Shown here: positions 10,496 through 20,976 of the stretch, piece by piece
Position numbering within the stretch: position 1 is the stretch's first letter
Layout: each line of letters opens with the position of its first letter
Assembly: GCA_029953675.1 (NCBI GenBank)
Contig: JAMWBK010000004.1
Coordinates: forward strand, 124,001 to 188,000
Direction: 5' to 3'
Origin: Rhodosorus marinus CCMP1338
Lineage: Eukaryota; Plantae; Rhodophyta
Length of the DNA stretch: 64,000 nucleotides
Program-made: the position numbers and the translations under genes
Notes under the pieces: model-generated
The model's database searches: none
Seen by the model: only the letters and a program-made list of their open reading frames with translations
What the model was told of the DNA's origin: nothing

Positions 10496-13400
10496 GTCTT
10501 CCTCCTCCGCGTGCGTGTCGTCCCGGTTACCCTTGTTTACCAGTGACCGCTCAGCCTGGCATGAGCGTGTTCTCTCGTGGTTTTCGCACCTTGTCGCCTC
10601 CTACCCGGACGGTTCCCTTCCCCTTTGTCGTCAGAGCACGGCCGTACGGCTCCCTCGTCGACTTCATAAGCCCCTAGGATTGGTGTTGGATTTTCTCTGG
10701 CAGCAGGTCGCCGCGAACCCTCACTGCTCTCTTCGCTGGGAACTCTTGTTCTTTTTTCCCCGCCTCGTGCTCACCTCCTCTACCGTCCCCCTCAACCCAC
10801 ATCCTCGCCGGGTCCACCCTCGCCGAAAACTGCAAATGTTCCTTTCCGGCGACTTCGAGGACCTCGAACGTCTTTATTTCGCTTCTCTCTCTTCCTTTTC
10901 TCCTAGTGCTCCCTCAGCTTTTAGGTCTTCTCGACAGAATCGGGCGCGTCACGCGGTGGCAGGCGGTGATCTGCGGCGGGCAGCCGGGATCCTCCAGCAG
11001 CGGCAACCTGTGGTTCCATACTCCGATGATCTTTCTTCACCGCTCCGTTTGCTCTTTCCCTCGGAAGGCTCCCCTTGGGACTCCTCGTTTGAATCAGTGT
11101 TGGAAGAGTACCGCGCCGCGCCACATCCCAGTGCGCGGTTAGTGGTCAATCTGGAGGCGGTGCGTGAGTTGGTTCATGATGCTCCGAAGGGCCGTTCCCC
11201 AGGGCCCTCGGGGCTGCGGGTGGAATATCTCCGTTTCTTAAGTGATGAAGGTTTGAAGGCGTTGGCGTGGGTGGTCGAAGCGCTCGTGAATGGTGATCCC
11301 CTGTGTGAGTGTGCGTGGTTCTTGGTCGGGCGTTCGCAGTTGTGTCTGCTTTCGAAGCCCGGCCACACGGCCTCGAGCCCTGCTATTCGCCCTATTGGCC
11401 TGGTTGAGGTGGTCCGCAAATTGGCGGCGCGATGGTTAGTGAAAATCCTGGTTCCCGAATCCCGCCGTTTCTTTGGGCACGTGCAGTTAGGCGTGGGCTA
11501 TCGTGGTGGCTGTGGGTTGTTGTCTGTTTTACTTCGTTCGGAAATGGCGTACTCCCCAGATTCTGGGCTCCTCTCTGTAGATTTTACCAATGCGTTCAAC
11601 CGCGTCTCTCGTCCGGCTCTCATGCACGTGGTGCGCGAAGTCTTCCCTGTAGGCTTTCCCTTTGTTAGTAGACTTTATTCTCCGCTTGGTCGGGGGGCTA
11701 CCTATGACACCCTTGGCGCTTCCTCACACACGTTTGCGGCGCGCACAGGGGTACAACAGGGTGATCCCTTGTCCCCTTTCCTACATGCCTGTGGACTACA
11801 ACTCGTCTTGCTTTGTCTTCGCTCCGAATTCCCGCAGGTTCGTACGGTTGCATACCACGACGACGTGTGCCTCCTGGGGCCCCCTGATACTCCAGCACTC
11901 GCTTATGATCGTCTCCGCTCCTTGGCTTCGCGGGTTGACCTGGAGGTTAATCATCACAAATCGTTCTACTGGGGAGGTGTAGCTGCACGAGAGCAGCAGG
12001 TACCTGCGTCGTTCCAGGATATTTGGAGACCGGATGGTTTTGTCCACTTAGGCATCCCCTACGGGTCGCCGTCCTTCGTTGAAGGCGAGTTGCTGCAGCT
12101 CCTCGGTAAGCACAGACAGCTGGTTGCAGAGCTTCGACGGCTACCTCCGGGCTTTCTCCAGTGCTCGTTGTTGCTGTTTCGGTATTGTTGCAGTCAGCGG
12201 TTAACCTATTGGCTTCGCTCACTTCCAACTCATTGGGGCCGGTGGTTGGCCACTCGTGCGGATGCTGAAAGTTTCCGTGACCTGGGGTATTTTCTCGATG
12301 AAGAGCTGAGCGCTCTGCCGCGACCCACCTGTGATGTTGTGCGCGCCCAGGTAGGCCTCCCATTGCGATTGGGGGGACTGGGCCTCTGCAATCGTGTTGT
12401 GGTCCAACCTGCAGCCGCAGTAGGGGCCTGGGGAACCGCACTTCCCACTTTGAGCAGCTTGGGTATCTCGAAGTTCCGCAATTTGATGGCGAGCCTCTCG
12501 CGGGGTGTCTTGCTTCCCAGCGTACCGGAAAGCGCCCAAGACTTGTTTCTGGAGCTCCAAACCGCCCTGAATTCCTGTACTAGTCTCCCCGAAACCGTTC
12601 AACCCCGTCTTCCTGACTGGCGAGCTGTATTTGACCGCTCTCGAGGCTCCGCCCCGGGGATTCGTCCTGCGCCTGAACCTGTTCTAGGGGAGATTGACCC
12701 AGTGGTTGCCGCAGAAGAAGAAGTTCCAGTTGATCCTCCTGATGATTCCCAGCGCGCTGGGAGCCGAGCTCAAGCACGCACGGATGCGCTGCAAAATATC
12801 CTTTCTTGGGACTTGCACCGTGCTGCATATGGCCGACTCCTCGCGCAAATGGTCTCATCTTCTCGCGCTCGCGCCCGCCTACGTAGTCTTGGAGGGGTTA
12901 TTAGCTCTCAGTGGCTCATGACCGTACCAGCCTTTCCGCCACTCACACTGTCGGATTTCGAAGTGCGTACTTCACTGCGCTTATACCTCGGCTTACATCA
13001 GCCCCCTTGGCCGTACGAGATGGGTTCGTCGTGCCCTCTCTGCTCTCAGACTGAAGACAACGCAGATTTTGGCGCCCACCTGCTCGCTAGTTGCCCGGCG
13101 GTGAAAGGTGCTCGAACCCGCCGCCATACACGGATCTTGAACCTGTTATACCGGGAACTTCGGCCTATAGTCCGGCAAGCCGGTCTGGAAATCGAACGTG
13201 AGAAACCTTTACCCGTCGCGGACTTTCAAAATGATGAACGCCGTGTAGCCGACCTGGTGATCACCTGTGACGACAGTCGCCGTACCACATACGTTGATCT
13301 TGCTGTTCCTAACCCTCAAGCTAGTCGTTATCTCCCGGCTGCGGGGGAGCGCCGTGGATCTGCCGCCGCCAGCATGAGACGCCGCAAAGAGATCAAATAC

Positions 13401-13631
13401 GCGGGGGCTTTGTCTTCCCCTGGTGTTCGTGCTTCGGCACTAGCACATCGCTTGGTACCCCTGATCATTGAGTGCTTTGGGTTCATGGACTCTGTTGGTT
13501 CTCGCTGGCTTCGGGAGTTGTTCCGCGAACGCCCTGACCGTCTTCAATCGTTGTTTACCCGCTTAAGTTTCCTGCTGTGGCGCATGAATGCCGCTTTGAT
13601 GTTGGAGGCGCGAGTACTTCGCCGCGCTTAG
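10488..13631 (+). CDS. Family B ORF2: reverse transcriptase plus CCHC knuckle plus restriction-like endonuclease, 1047 aa
   Basis: First in-frame ATG is at 10488 (the tracked GTG start at 10140 lies in the duplicated 3' fragment). Motifs: GRSPGPSGLRVE, IRPIGL, VQLGVG, VDFTNAFN, GVQQGDPLSP, AYHDD, HLGIP, CPLC..H..SC, RHTR, VADL, YVDLAV, RKEIKY, PLIIECFG. Confidence 0.93.
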   Translation: MSESSSSACVSSRLPLFTSDRSAWHERVLSWFSHLVASYPDGSLPLCRQSTAVRLPRRLHKPLGLVLDFLWQQVAANPHCSLRWELLFFFPRLVLTSSTVPLNPHPRRVHPRRKLQMFLSGDFEDLERLYFASLSSFSPSAPSAFRSSRQNRARHAVAGGDLRRAAGILQQRQPVVPYSDDLSSPLRLLFPSEGSPWDSSFESVLEEYRAAPHPSARLVVNLEAVRELVHDAPKGRSPGPSGLRVEYLRFLSDEGLKALAWVVEALVNGDPLCECAWFLVGRSQLCLLSKPGHTASSPAIRPIGLVEVVRKLAARWLVKILVPESRRFFGHVQLGVGYRGGCGLLSVLLRSEMAYSPDSGLLSVDFTNAFNRVSRPALMHVVREVFPVGFPFVSRLYSPLGRGATYDTLGASSHTFAARTGVQQGDPLSPFLHACGLQLVLLCLRSEFPQVRTVAYHDDVCLLGPPDTPALAYDRLRSLASRVDLEVNHHKSFYWGGVAAREQQVPASFQDIWRPDGFVHLGIPYGSPSFVEGELLQLLGKHRQLVAELRRLPPGFLQCSLLLFRYCCSQRLTYWLRSLPTHWGRWLATRADAESFRDLGYFLDEELSALPRPTCDVVRAQVGLPLRLGGLGLCNRVVVQPAAAVGAWGTALPTLSSLGISKFRNLMASLSRGVLLPSVPESAQDLFLELQTALNSCTSLPETVQPRLPDWRAVFDRSRGSAPGIRPAPEPVLGEIDPVVAAEEEVPVDPPDDSQRAGSRAQARTDALQNILSWDLHRAAYGRLLAQMVSSSRARARLRSLGGVISSQWLMTVPAFPPLTLSDFEVRTSLRLYLGLHQPPWPYEMGSSCPLCSQTEDNADFGAHLLASCPAVKGARTRRHTRILNLLYRELRPIVRQAGLEIEREKPLPVADFQNDERRVADLVITCDDSRRTTYVDLAVPNPQASRYLPAAGERRGSAAASMRRRKEIKYAGALSSPGVRASALAHRLVPLIIECFGFMDSVGSRWLRELFRERPDRLQSLFTRLSFLLWRMNAALMLEARVLRRA

Positions 13632-14376
13632 TCTTTTTTTCCCCTCGGGGTTTTTTTTTTCCAGCCTCCGATTAAACCATTCATTCATTCAACCATTTTC
13701 AGCCTCCGATTAAACCATTCGTTTCGATGGTAGCACTCAGGCCATTTTCCGAGCAAAATTCAGATAATTCTTTGCGAGGTACATTTCACCGCAAGGAATT
13801 AGCCGAATTTCCATGCTAAAATATTAATAATATAAATATCCTTCTTCCTAAAGAAATGTAATATTTTTCATGTTTGTAGTTTGAGGTTTTTAGAAGAATC
13901 TACAATATCTTATCGCTATCATGATTTTCGGATCATTGCTCATCTTCCCCGTTTGGGGGTTGTCAGGGTTGTCAGCATCGATTTTGAAATTAACAATGAC
14001 GATATCTACCGGAAATCATAGGTAAATCCAATAAAAAATTCATACATACACTTAAGTTCTATGAAATTAGTGACTCTACCTAGCTTCGCTTTGGGTACTA
14101 TGCAGTCGCGACCTCTCCGGAATATGCCCGTTCACAACGTCCACGGTCTCTTCATGGATACGTGGTCTGGGGTTATAAGGAACGAATGGTTATAAGTAGA
14201 GCGAGGCAAGTTAGATGTTGGTAGGGGTTGGAGAAGGGATATGGGACAAGTCCTGTATTGCTAGAAGCGGGAATTGGGATGAGCGTTGAGAACTGAACTT
14301 GGAGGGGAGTGAAAGAGTGTGCAGACCGTCTGGCCGGAATTGTGGGGGGACTTCGTGTAGAAAGAGCGGATTGAAC

Positions 14377-14931
14377 ATGATGAAGTTGAGTGCTTTCATT
14401 CTGGTGACCTTAGTAGGGTTCACAATGGCGGTTCCATTGATGGAGAAAGTTCATCTTGCTAGGGATAAGGGGCCATCCGTTCAGGTTCCGACACCCCCAG
14501 AAGCCGAGGTTTGGTATGAGCAGCCCGTGGCCCGCGTAGGGGTTGAAGAAATCGGAGCCGGGGTTGGGGTTCAGGAGACTGGAGCCAGGGTTTGGTTCCA
14601 GAAGCCCGTAGCCCATCTTCCGTCCGGAACCGGGATGGAGGTTGAGGAGATTGGACCCGGGGTTTGGTTTCAGAAGCGCGTAGCCCAATTTCTGTCCGGA
14701 GCCGCGGCTGAGGTTGAGCAGCCCGTAGCCCGCCTTCTGTCTGGGACCGGGGTTGAGGTTGAGGAGCCCGAAGACGGGATTGAGGTCGACGAGCCCAAAG
14801 ACGGGGTTGAGGTTGAGGAGCCCGAAGACGGGGTTGAGGTTGAGGAGCCCGAAGACGGAGTTGAAGTTGAGGAGCCCGAAGACGGGGTTGAGATTGAAGA
14901 ACCCGAAGACAGGGTTGAGTTTCCCGTATAA
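14377..14931 (+). CDS. Secreted acidic repeat protein, paralog 1 (184 aa)
   Basis: ATG at 14377, signal peptide MMKLSAFILVTLVGFTMA, six EVEEPEDGV repeats, and TATA-like TTATAAG motifs upstream. Upstream and downstream flanks are homologous to the gene at 24472. Confidence 0.8.
   Translation: MMKLSAFILVTLVGFTMAVPLMEKVHLARDKGPSVQVPTPPEAEVWYEQPVARVGVEEIGAGVGVQETGARVWFQKPVAHLPSGTGMEVEEIGPGVWFQKRVAQFLSGAAAEVEQPVARLLSGTGVEVEEPEDGIEVDEPKDGVEVEEPEDGVEVEEPEDGVEVEEPEDGVEIEEPEDRVEFPV
14755..14916 (+). repeat. 27-bp coding minisatellite, 6 units
   Basis: Unit GAGGTTGAGGAGCCCGAAGACGGGGTT. Confidence 0.95.
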
Positions 14932-15163
14932 TTCGTTTTAATTTCGGAAACGCGAGACCAAATTCTTAACGAGTGACGTCGCGCGAGCTTAAACTGCTCC
15001 AATACTCAGCCTAATGAGTGCCCCGTGCCAAATACCCATCTTCTATCCGCCGCCCTACGCATGGGTGCAGTAATTTCGGTTTTCGCCAACTAAAAGACTG
15101 AAGATATGCCGAGGGCATGGCCAGCCTTTCAACAAGGAAGCGGCTCTCCCACCTGGATGGTAC

Positions 15164-15381
15164 GAGGTTGAGGAGCCCGTAGACGGGGTTGAGGTTCCCG
15201 TATAATTCGTTGTAATTTCGGAAACCCGAGACCATGTTCTCAACAAGTAACGTCGCGCGAGCTTAAGCTGCTCCGTTACTCAGCCTAATGGGTGCCCCGT
15301 GGCAAATACCCATTTTCTATCTGCATCCCTACGCGGGGGCGCAGCAACTTCGGTTTTTCGCCAACTAAAGGACTGAAGATA
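15164..15381 (+). repeat. Tandem duplicate of the last coding repeat and 3' UTR of paralog 1
   Basis: Colinear with ~14890-15107 (...CCCGTATAATTCGTT...CGCGCGAGCTTAA...GCCAACTAAA.GACTGAAGATA). Confidence 0.85.
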
Positions 15382-15382
15382 C

Positions 15383-15844
15383 TGTTGTCTTGTTCACGGC
15401 AAAGCTCAGACCGATGTCTTCCCGGATAACCTTGGACCTTCGTCACCTCGAGCTACTGTTGGAGGCGGGAGTACTTCGCCGCGCTTAGTCTTTTTTTCCC
15501 CTCGGGGTTTTTTTTTTCAGCCTCCGATTAAACCATTCGTTCGTTCTACTACAACATGCAACTTCTGTTTTAATCACCGAAGCTAGTCTTCTATATCCTA
15601 AGCCTAAATCTAAATCTAGGTTACCCTTCGATGTGCCTTTAAGAACAACACCAAAAAATAGCATCCGATATCGGATACGATTTAATACTACGCTACGCAA
15701 TATAGGCCTATCAAGAACACCGGCTACCTCTGATGATCCTATTTCAGGTCTCCACGCTCTAGGTGCGCCTTCATTCTTCAGATCCGATGCGCTCTCTTCC
15801 CACTTGTATGTGTAGTTGGATGGTTGAATGCTTCTGGCCCAACA
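15383..15844 (-). mobile_element. Ty1/copia 3' LTR (TGTTG...CAACA) with a family B insert
   Basis: On the minus strand a polypurine tract GAGGGGGAGGA directly precedes TGTTGGG at 15844. The distal end GACAACA at 15383 coincides with the point where the host duplicate is cut. Confidence 0.7.
15458..15545 (+). mobile_element. 88-bp family B 3' module with a 5-bp TSD (CTACT)
   Basis: Runs from GTTGGAGGC to TTAAACCATTCGTTCGTT. CTACT lies at 15453-57 and 15546-50. Confidence 0.9.
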
Positions 15845-15857
15845 TCCTCCCCCTCAG

Positions 15858-16039
15858 ACAAGTATCCAACTTTAACCCGCGCATGGTTGCGAGTTCTCTC
15901 ATACTTTTGCCAGTAATAATCTTTGTCAGATGGTCAGCAATCACGTGTTCCGTCGGGCAATACTCTATTCGCAAGTTCCCCGGTTGAATTTGTGTGAGTG
16001 ATCTTGTAGCCATAGTCGCGTGATTTCCTGGTGCTTTGT
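15858..16039 (-). pseudogene. Copia pol RNase H C-terminal remnant
   Basis: TKHQEITRLWLQD, then a frameshift, then GNLRIEYCPTEHVIADHLTK...LATMRGL. This corresponds to the copia TKHID.../YCPT..IAD.LTK motifs. Confidence 0.8.
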
Positions 16040-17285
16040 TAGGCCGGAGTGGGGAGTCTTGGTGGTTGATTTCCGGAACGCATTCAACAGCGTGTCGCGG
16101 ACGCATGCGCTAGAGGTGCTCCGACGGGTGTTTCCGGAGGCGTGGCCGTTTCTATCGGGTATTTACGGAGGGGAGAGCCTCCCCTACGTGACAACGGTGG
16201 GCACTGTTTTTCAAGCACATACTGGCGTCCAACAAGGCGACCCTTGCGGACCTCTTCTTCATGCCTGTGCCCTACAGCTCGTACTTTTACGTCTTTCGAC
16301 TGAGGTCTCGGATCTTCGAATCTGCGCGTACCACGATGACGTAACATTGCTGGGCACCCCTGACACCCTGGCTAGGGGGCTGACCGAGATCGAAGCGATT
16401 GCACGTCGCGTCGGTTTGACTGTGGAAACAGAAAAATGTCGCTTTCTCCCCCCGAGGGACGTGTCGCTGGCCTCTCTGCCACCCACTCTGCGACTAATCA
16501 GCGAACGTGAAGGGTTCGAACACCACGGCGTCGGATTGGGGACTGACAACTTTGTCCAAGCATCCTGCGAGCGAGTTTTGGCACGGCACAAGCAACTCAC
16601 CGACGCCATTGAGCACCTACCCGACAGCATGCTGCAATCGGCCTGCTTGCTTTCCCGCTTTTGTGCCGGTCCCAGACTCAACTACTGGTTGCGCAGCCTG
16701 CCTCCAGCTTGGGGCTCGTGAATCGCGGCTAAAGCCGACGAGATGACCCTGCAACACTGGGGAACGCTCTTGGATGAGCCCCTCGATCTTGAAGCTGCTC
16801 CCGACAGGGAGTTGATTCGTGCACAGATCGCTCTACCTTTGCGATTAGGGGGATTCGGCGTCGCAGACCGTGGGCTGGTATGCTCGCCAGCGGCGGTTGC
16901 CTCCTGGGCTACCGCGCTGCGAACGTTGGTGACCTTCCAGATGCGAAGTGCCTGCCTCTTGGCTCGAGCTTTGACCAACGAGGATCTAGTGACCCTGCCG
17001 CCCCCGCTTTTGACAATTTATGATGGTCTTCAACACGCGTTCAGGAGGTGCAACGCCGTGCCGGACGCAAATCGGTCCCGCTTTCGTTCCTGGAGGGAGC
17101 TGTTATGGGGACGAGCTGAAGCGATTGAGGATTCTCCCCTCGACCGAGTCCTTGCCGATGACGGAGAGGCTAGCCCCGGGTCACCTGTTGCAGACTACCC
17201 GGGTTTGAGCCGATTGTGGAGCTCCCGCACTGATGTGATTCAACATAGCCTCACCTGGGGCCAACACAGTGCCGCTCACACAGTC
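16040..17285 (+). mobile_element. Internal RT fragment of family A (A1), with a nonsense codon and no 3' end
   Basis: Near-identical to the reverse complement of ~32180-33427, with VVDFRNAFN, GVQQGDP and AYHDD. TGG is mutated to TGA at 16719-21. Confidence 0.93.
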
Positions 17286-17378
17286 TGCGAGAGATGGCCT
17301 CCCATGCCGCGAAGGCGAGCGGTTGTCGTGCGCGGTGTGAGGGGAGAGTTGAGCAAGATTGCCTGAGCCGCACTGTGG
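17286..17378 (-). mobile_element. Inverted family A fragment continuing the preceding copy
   Basis: Reverse complement CACAGTGCGGCTCAGGCAATCTTGCTCAACTC...GGCCATCTCTCGCA is the segment that normally follows 17285 (HS.A.AILLNSPLTP..TARLRGMGGHLS). Confidence 0.8.
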
Positions 17379-17379
17379 G

Positions 17380-17406
17380 CGCTCTAGCCGACTGAGCTAC
17401 GCGGGC
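17380..17406 (-). tRNA. 27-nt tRNA 5' fragment (acceptor strand plus D arm; Ile/Lys-like), not a complete gene
   Basis: GCCCGCG-TA-GCTC-AGTCGGCTA-GAGC-G gives a canonical T8 A9, D stem GCTC/GAGC, D-loop AG..GG..A and G26. No anticodon arm or T arm follows. Confidence 0.7.
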
Positions 17407-17631
17407 TTTACTAGCATAGCTTGTACCCTATACTAACTTCACTGAGTAGGTCAACATACCCCCGTATATATCGAGCAGCGAGATGACTATGATACGTTTA
17501 CTTCTTCTATCTCTTGCGACTTGTCTTGGAATACCCCTCTCTAGTATGCCAACGCGTTATGGCTCACAACGATATCAAATGGTTTCGTCCAACTCTTCCA
17601 AGTCATTTAAGATTCAAAGCACCCAAAGCAG

Positions 17632-17757
17632 GGTAGCTCTCGTTGGCTTCGTGCACTCGTTCGTAGTGACCCGGGGCTCCTTTATAGCCTCTTCACGGAG
17701 CTGAGTGTGACTCTCTGGGGTTCAAATGCTGCTTCAGTGTTAGAGGCCCGTTATTAG
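17632..17757 (+). mobile_element. 3' coding end of a third, diverged RLE family (C)
   Basis: GSSRWLRALVRSDPGLLYSLFTELSVTLWGSNAASVLEARY* compared with family B GSRWLRELFRERPDRLQSLFTRLSFLLWRMNAALMLEAR. Confidence 0.7.
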
Positions 17758-17769
17758 AGTCTTGTAACC

Positions 17770-19107
17770 CCATGCTATCGTAAGGCACCAAGTACACCTG
17801 GATAGACCCCGCGCCAAAGCCAGCACCTACCATGCACTCATGTTCCGCCACATGGACCTTCTCGCACAGGTCCACGCCAAAGGTACCGAAGCACCAATCC
17901 TACAGCAGCTGATACCGACCTCACAACGCCTACTATGACTCCGAGACCACTGCCCGTGTATGACGCTACTACGGCTGACCGCCCCCGATCTCCCCAAGAA
18001 CCTGATCTCGAGACAGATCACTTCCCCGTTCTGCGTGACAGCCCCGATCAAGCCACAAATCGTCCAATGAGTTGGGCGACACGTGTCCTAACCAGATCCC
18101 CTCGATGGCCAATCGGTCTTTCTTTGCCAGCATTCAAGGCGTGGAATACCTCACCAAGGACGACATCGACACATTTGTGCTACTCAACGCCCGACCTGGT
18201 GACGCCACCGGGAGCAAGGCCACAAGGCGCACGATATCCCACCACGCGTGGGATATCGTGCGCCTTGTGGGCTTCCAGAAGAACTCACTGCAACTGCTGG
18301 ACTACTTTGATCGTCATGTTCACCTAATCGCTCACCGCCATGCCCTACAGCTGCTTCGCGACGCCGTTAACGCCGGTTCCTTCGAACCCACACGAGGCCA
18401 CCTCCCTCCCGATCGAACGAATGCAACGCATCCAAGCTGTCAAGCTCTCGGGAACTTCCCACGACTACCTAAGCATGCGCGAAAAGCTCCGACACCAGCC
18501 GACCGACTACCCGCGAGTGGCCCTGATCCACAACCTCTTCCGCTATAGTCGTATTCAGCGGATCGCTGAGCGTGGGAAGGGCCTCTCTCCCAACGCCCGG
18601 AAGGCCCTTCTCGGCCACGTTCGGGCAGAACTCGACCGAACTTTGGCCAGTATCAGAAGACACCTGATTCCTGCACCGGGGTACCTTTCGAGGATCCTGA
18701 ACTACCACTGGTAGTCGGGGAGAGCGCGGAAATCCCCCGCTTCTGCATCCGCAAGACTCGCAGACCACCAAATCTCGACCCCTAACGTGGCCGTACAGAT
18801 AGACCGTGGGGCAGTCGCCACTCCAGGTGACTCCAGCGCGACACCCCAGCTACCACCGGAAGATGCGGCCGAGGATAACTGGCACGCAGAGATCCCCTCC
18901 AACCTCCCGGAGCCCCCCTTGCTGAAACGCGCGAGAAACGCAGCCGCCGGTACCACCTCAGACTCGAAGATGACGCCAGCCAACCAAGAGGAGACTCCAA
19001 GCACTACCGCCGGACCCACTGACCACTCCTCAGGCTCCAACGCCATGGATCTCCAAGACCAAACTAGGCAATCAGAGCCAGCAACACTATTAGCCATACA
19101 GGCGTAG
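17770..19107 (+). pseudogene. Frameshifted ORF1 homolog of a diverged non-LTR family
   Basis: Joined frames give MSWATRVL, FVLLNARPG...LVGFQKNSLQLLDYFDRHVHLI...ALIHNLFRYSRIQRI...LKRAR. By eye this aligns with A ORF1 SYASVL, FLWVRNVRP...LGCSRGDFFFANYEGRDVLFL...AAIHWLRIQRLERI...GKRAR. Confidence 0.55.
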
Positions 19108-19109
19108 AA

Positions 19110-20240
19110 TTGTGGCATAGAAGATGTCGTTATTGACAGTGGGATTACGGATCACGTCTTGGGGAATAAGAGATTCCGCTCGAAGCTGAGAAGGATCGAG
19201 CCGAAGAAGTCCGCGCAGCGGATGGCAGCCAATAACAAGGACAACAACAACCGTTAAACAAACAACGGATGAAGACAGGTGTTAAATGACTTTGGTCTGA
19301 GGGGATCGTGTTAAGGTGTACATCCCAAAGTCAACACACAATGGAGCGGACGCTACGTTACGTCCCGGAGCGGAGGGCCGAACTCATCACTGCTATGAAC
19401 CAATGAACCATACGAGACTGAAGGTATACGGAAGATCGCAAAAGGGTGGTAGCTGGCATGAGCAAATATACCCAGCCAGAATAGATTATTGTTGGACGAC
19501 GAGCTCCTGGATGAGCTAGGCTCAGAAGAGGTGGCAGAAGAAGCGCCAGCAACGGATAAACAATTAGATCCGATGAAATGCAGGCTTGTCGGTCGGACCT
19601 GGAGCAACCAGCGTTTGCGGAATTCCGACGGAGCGTGAAGAACCCATGAGCGCAGAAGAAGCTATGGCGAGTAGTTTTGAACCTGGATGGAGAAAGTCGA
19701 ACGCTCGAAGGAAGGCACGTCTGGTGGTGAAGGAGAATGAGTAAGAAAAGTTGGAAAATACCCTGTATGAGTCGAAGCAAACAATTGTGACTGTGACCGA
19801 TAATGGAACGCTCTGGTCAAAACGAAGATTATTGAACTCTTGAGGCCGAAGACGGTCCGGACGTTCTCATCGGGAATGCAAATGAATCACGGGCTGCAAA
19901 GACAACGCGGTTGTAATGGCAAAGTCAACGTCGCTGACTCTCGAGAACTGTTATGTTCGACGCGTTACGGGGATCGACGAGTTTTGAAAATCTTAGGAAC
20001 GTTCCAATATGACACGACTTGATATCTCCAGAATGAGGAATATTGGTGCGAGAGAGAGTAGATTTGGTATGACATCATCAGATGGCTTGTAGTAAATCCC
20101 GAAGTGCGTTCGTCCAGGGGCTGATGTTGGACCTATAATTAGCATGGTTTATGGAAGCATTGCGGCCGCACCGGATTATACCATTATTCTATATTAGTAC
20201 GCGAAGGACTACTTAGCTCACGATTGGACCGGAGTTGTTT
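19110..20240 (+). pseudogene. Highly degenerate Ty1/copia pol remnant
   Basis: Scattered motifs in copia order: protease VIDSGITDHV (~19130), EEPMSAEEAM (~19640), KLENTLYESKQ (~19750, compare KLxKxLYGLKQ) and HDWTG (~20220, compare ADWAG). Confidence 0.55.
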
Positions 20241-20248
20241 CGTACATG

Positions 20249-20287
20249 AGTGAGGTAGCGAAAAGAAACTCTTTTCGCTACCTCACT
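20249..20287. repeat. Perfect 18-bp inverted repeat with a 3-nt loop
   Basis: AGTGAGGTAGCGAAAAGA-AAC-TCTTTTCGCTACCTCACT. Confidence 0.95.
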
Positions 20288-20316
20288 TAAACTTAAACCA
20301 TTCGTCCAACTTAAAC

Positions 20317-20665
20317 GAATTACCGCACCGGCAATATCAATTGGGTAATAAGCCCGAAAATAAACATAGAAAATACGAGCTGGATTCGAGGATAGTAGGC
20401 CAGATAAACACAGATTCAGGAAAAAACGATTGTTTTATATAAAACAAAAGCGGTGTTTTTGGCGGTAATAAAGGGTAATGTTGAATTACCCTTTGAATTA
20501 CCGCACCGGCAATATCAATTGGGTAATAAGCCCGAAAATAAACATAGAAAATACGAGCTGGATTCGAGGATAGTAGGCCAGATAAACACAGATTCAGGAA
20601 AAAACGATTGTTTTATATAAAACAAAAGCGGTGTTTTTGGCGGTAATAAAGGGTAATGTTGAATT
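20317..20665. repeat. Tandem duplication, period 178 bp, 2 copies
   Basis: 20317-20487 matches 20495-20665. The junction forms the hairpin AAAGGGTAAT-GTTGA-ATTACCCTTT. Confidence 0.95.
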
Positions 20666-20976
20666 CTCATCTACTGTAGCGGAATCGAGGATCTACCCCA
20701 ATCAAACAAATTCATTCAATGAAAAAAAGCTGTGTTCTGCAACGGAATCGACGTTCTGACCCGAACAAACACCTCGGTTTTGCCACCTCAAGAGGGGTTC
20801 TAAATCCATTGCCAATTACGTGATTCTGTGCTGGAATTGAGGGTACAAACCATCGTGGGCCGGCAAGAGTTGTAGGGATTGTGGAAAAAATTAACCAATA
20901 TTGCAGCAATACCAGGCTGATGCTGAGACAGGTTTTGTCGGTGCACTTTTAGCATAGATAGTGGTCTGATAAACTG

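Larger units (their letters stand above)
10110..13725 (+). mobile_element. Family B CRE-like non-LTR retrotransposon, truncated in ORF1, with intact ORF2
   Basis: 10110-10166 is a copy of the element's own 3' coding end. An ORF1 remnant is followed by RT-RLE ORF2, a 3' UTR TCT8-CCCCTCGGGG-T10-CAGCCTCCGATTAAAC, a (CATT)n tail, and a second 30-nt 3' end at 13696-13725. Confidence 0.95.

Noticed and set aside
20249-20287. Helitron 3' hairpin
   Set aside because: No CTRR terminus at the expected distance on either strand, and no Rep/helicase remnant.
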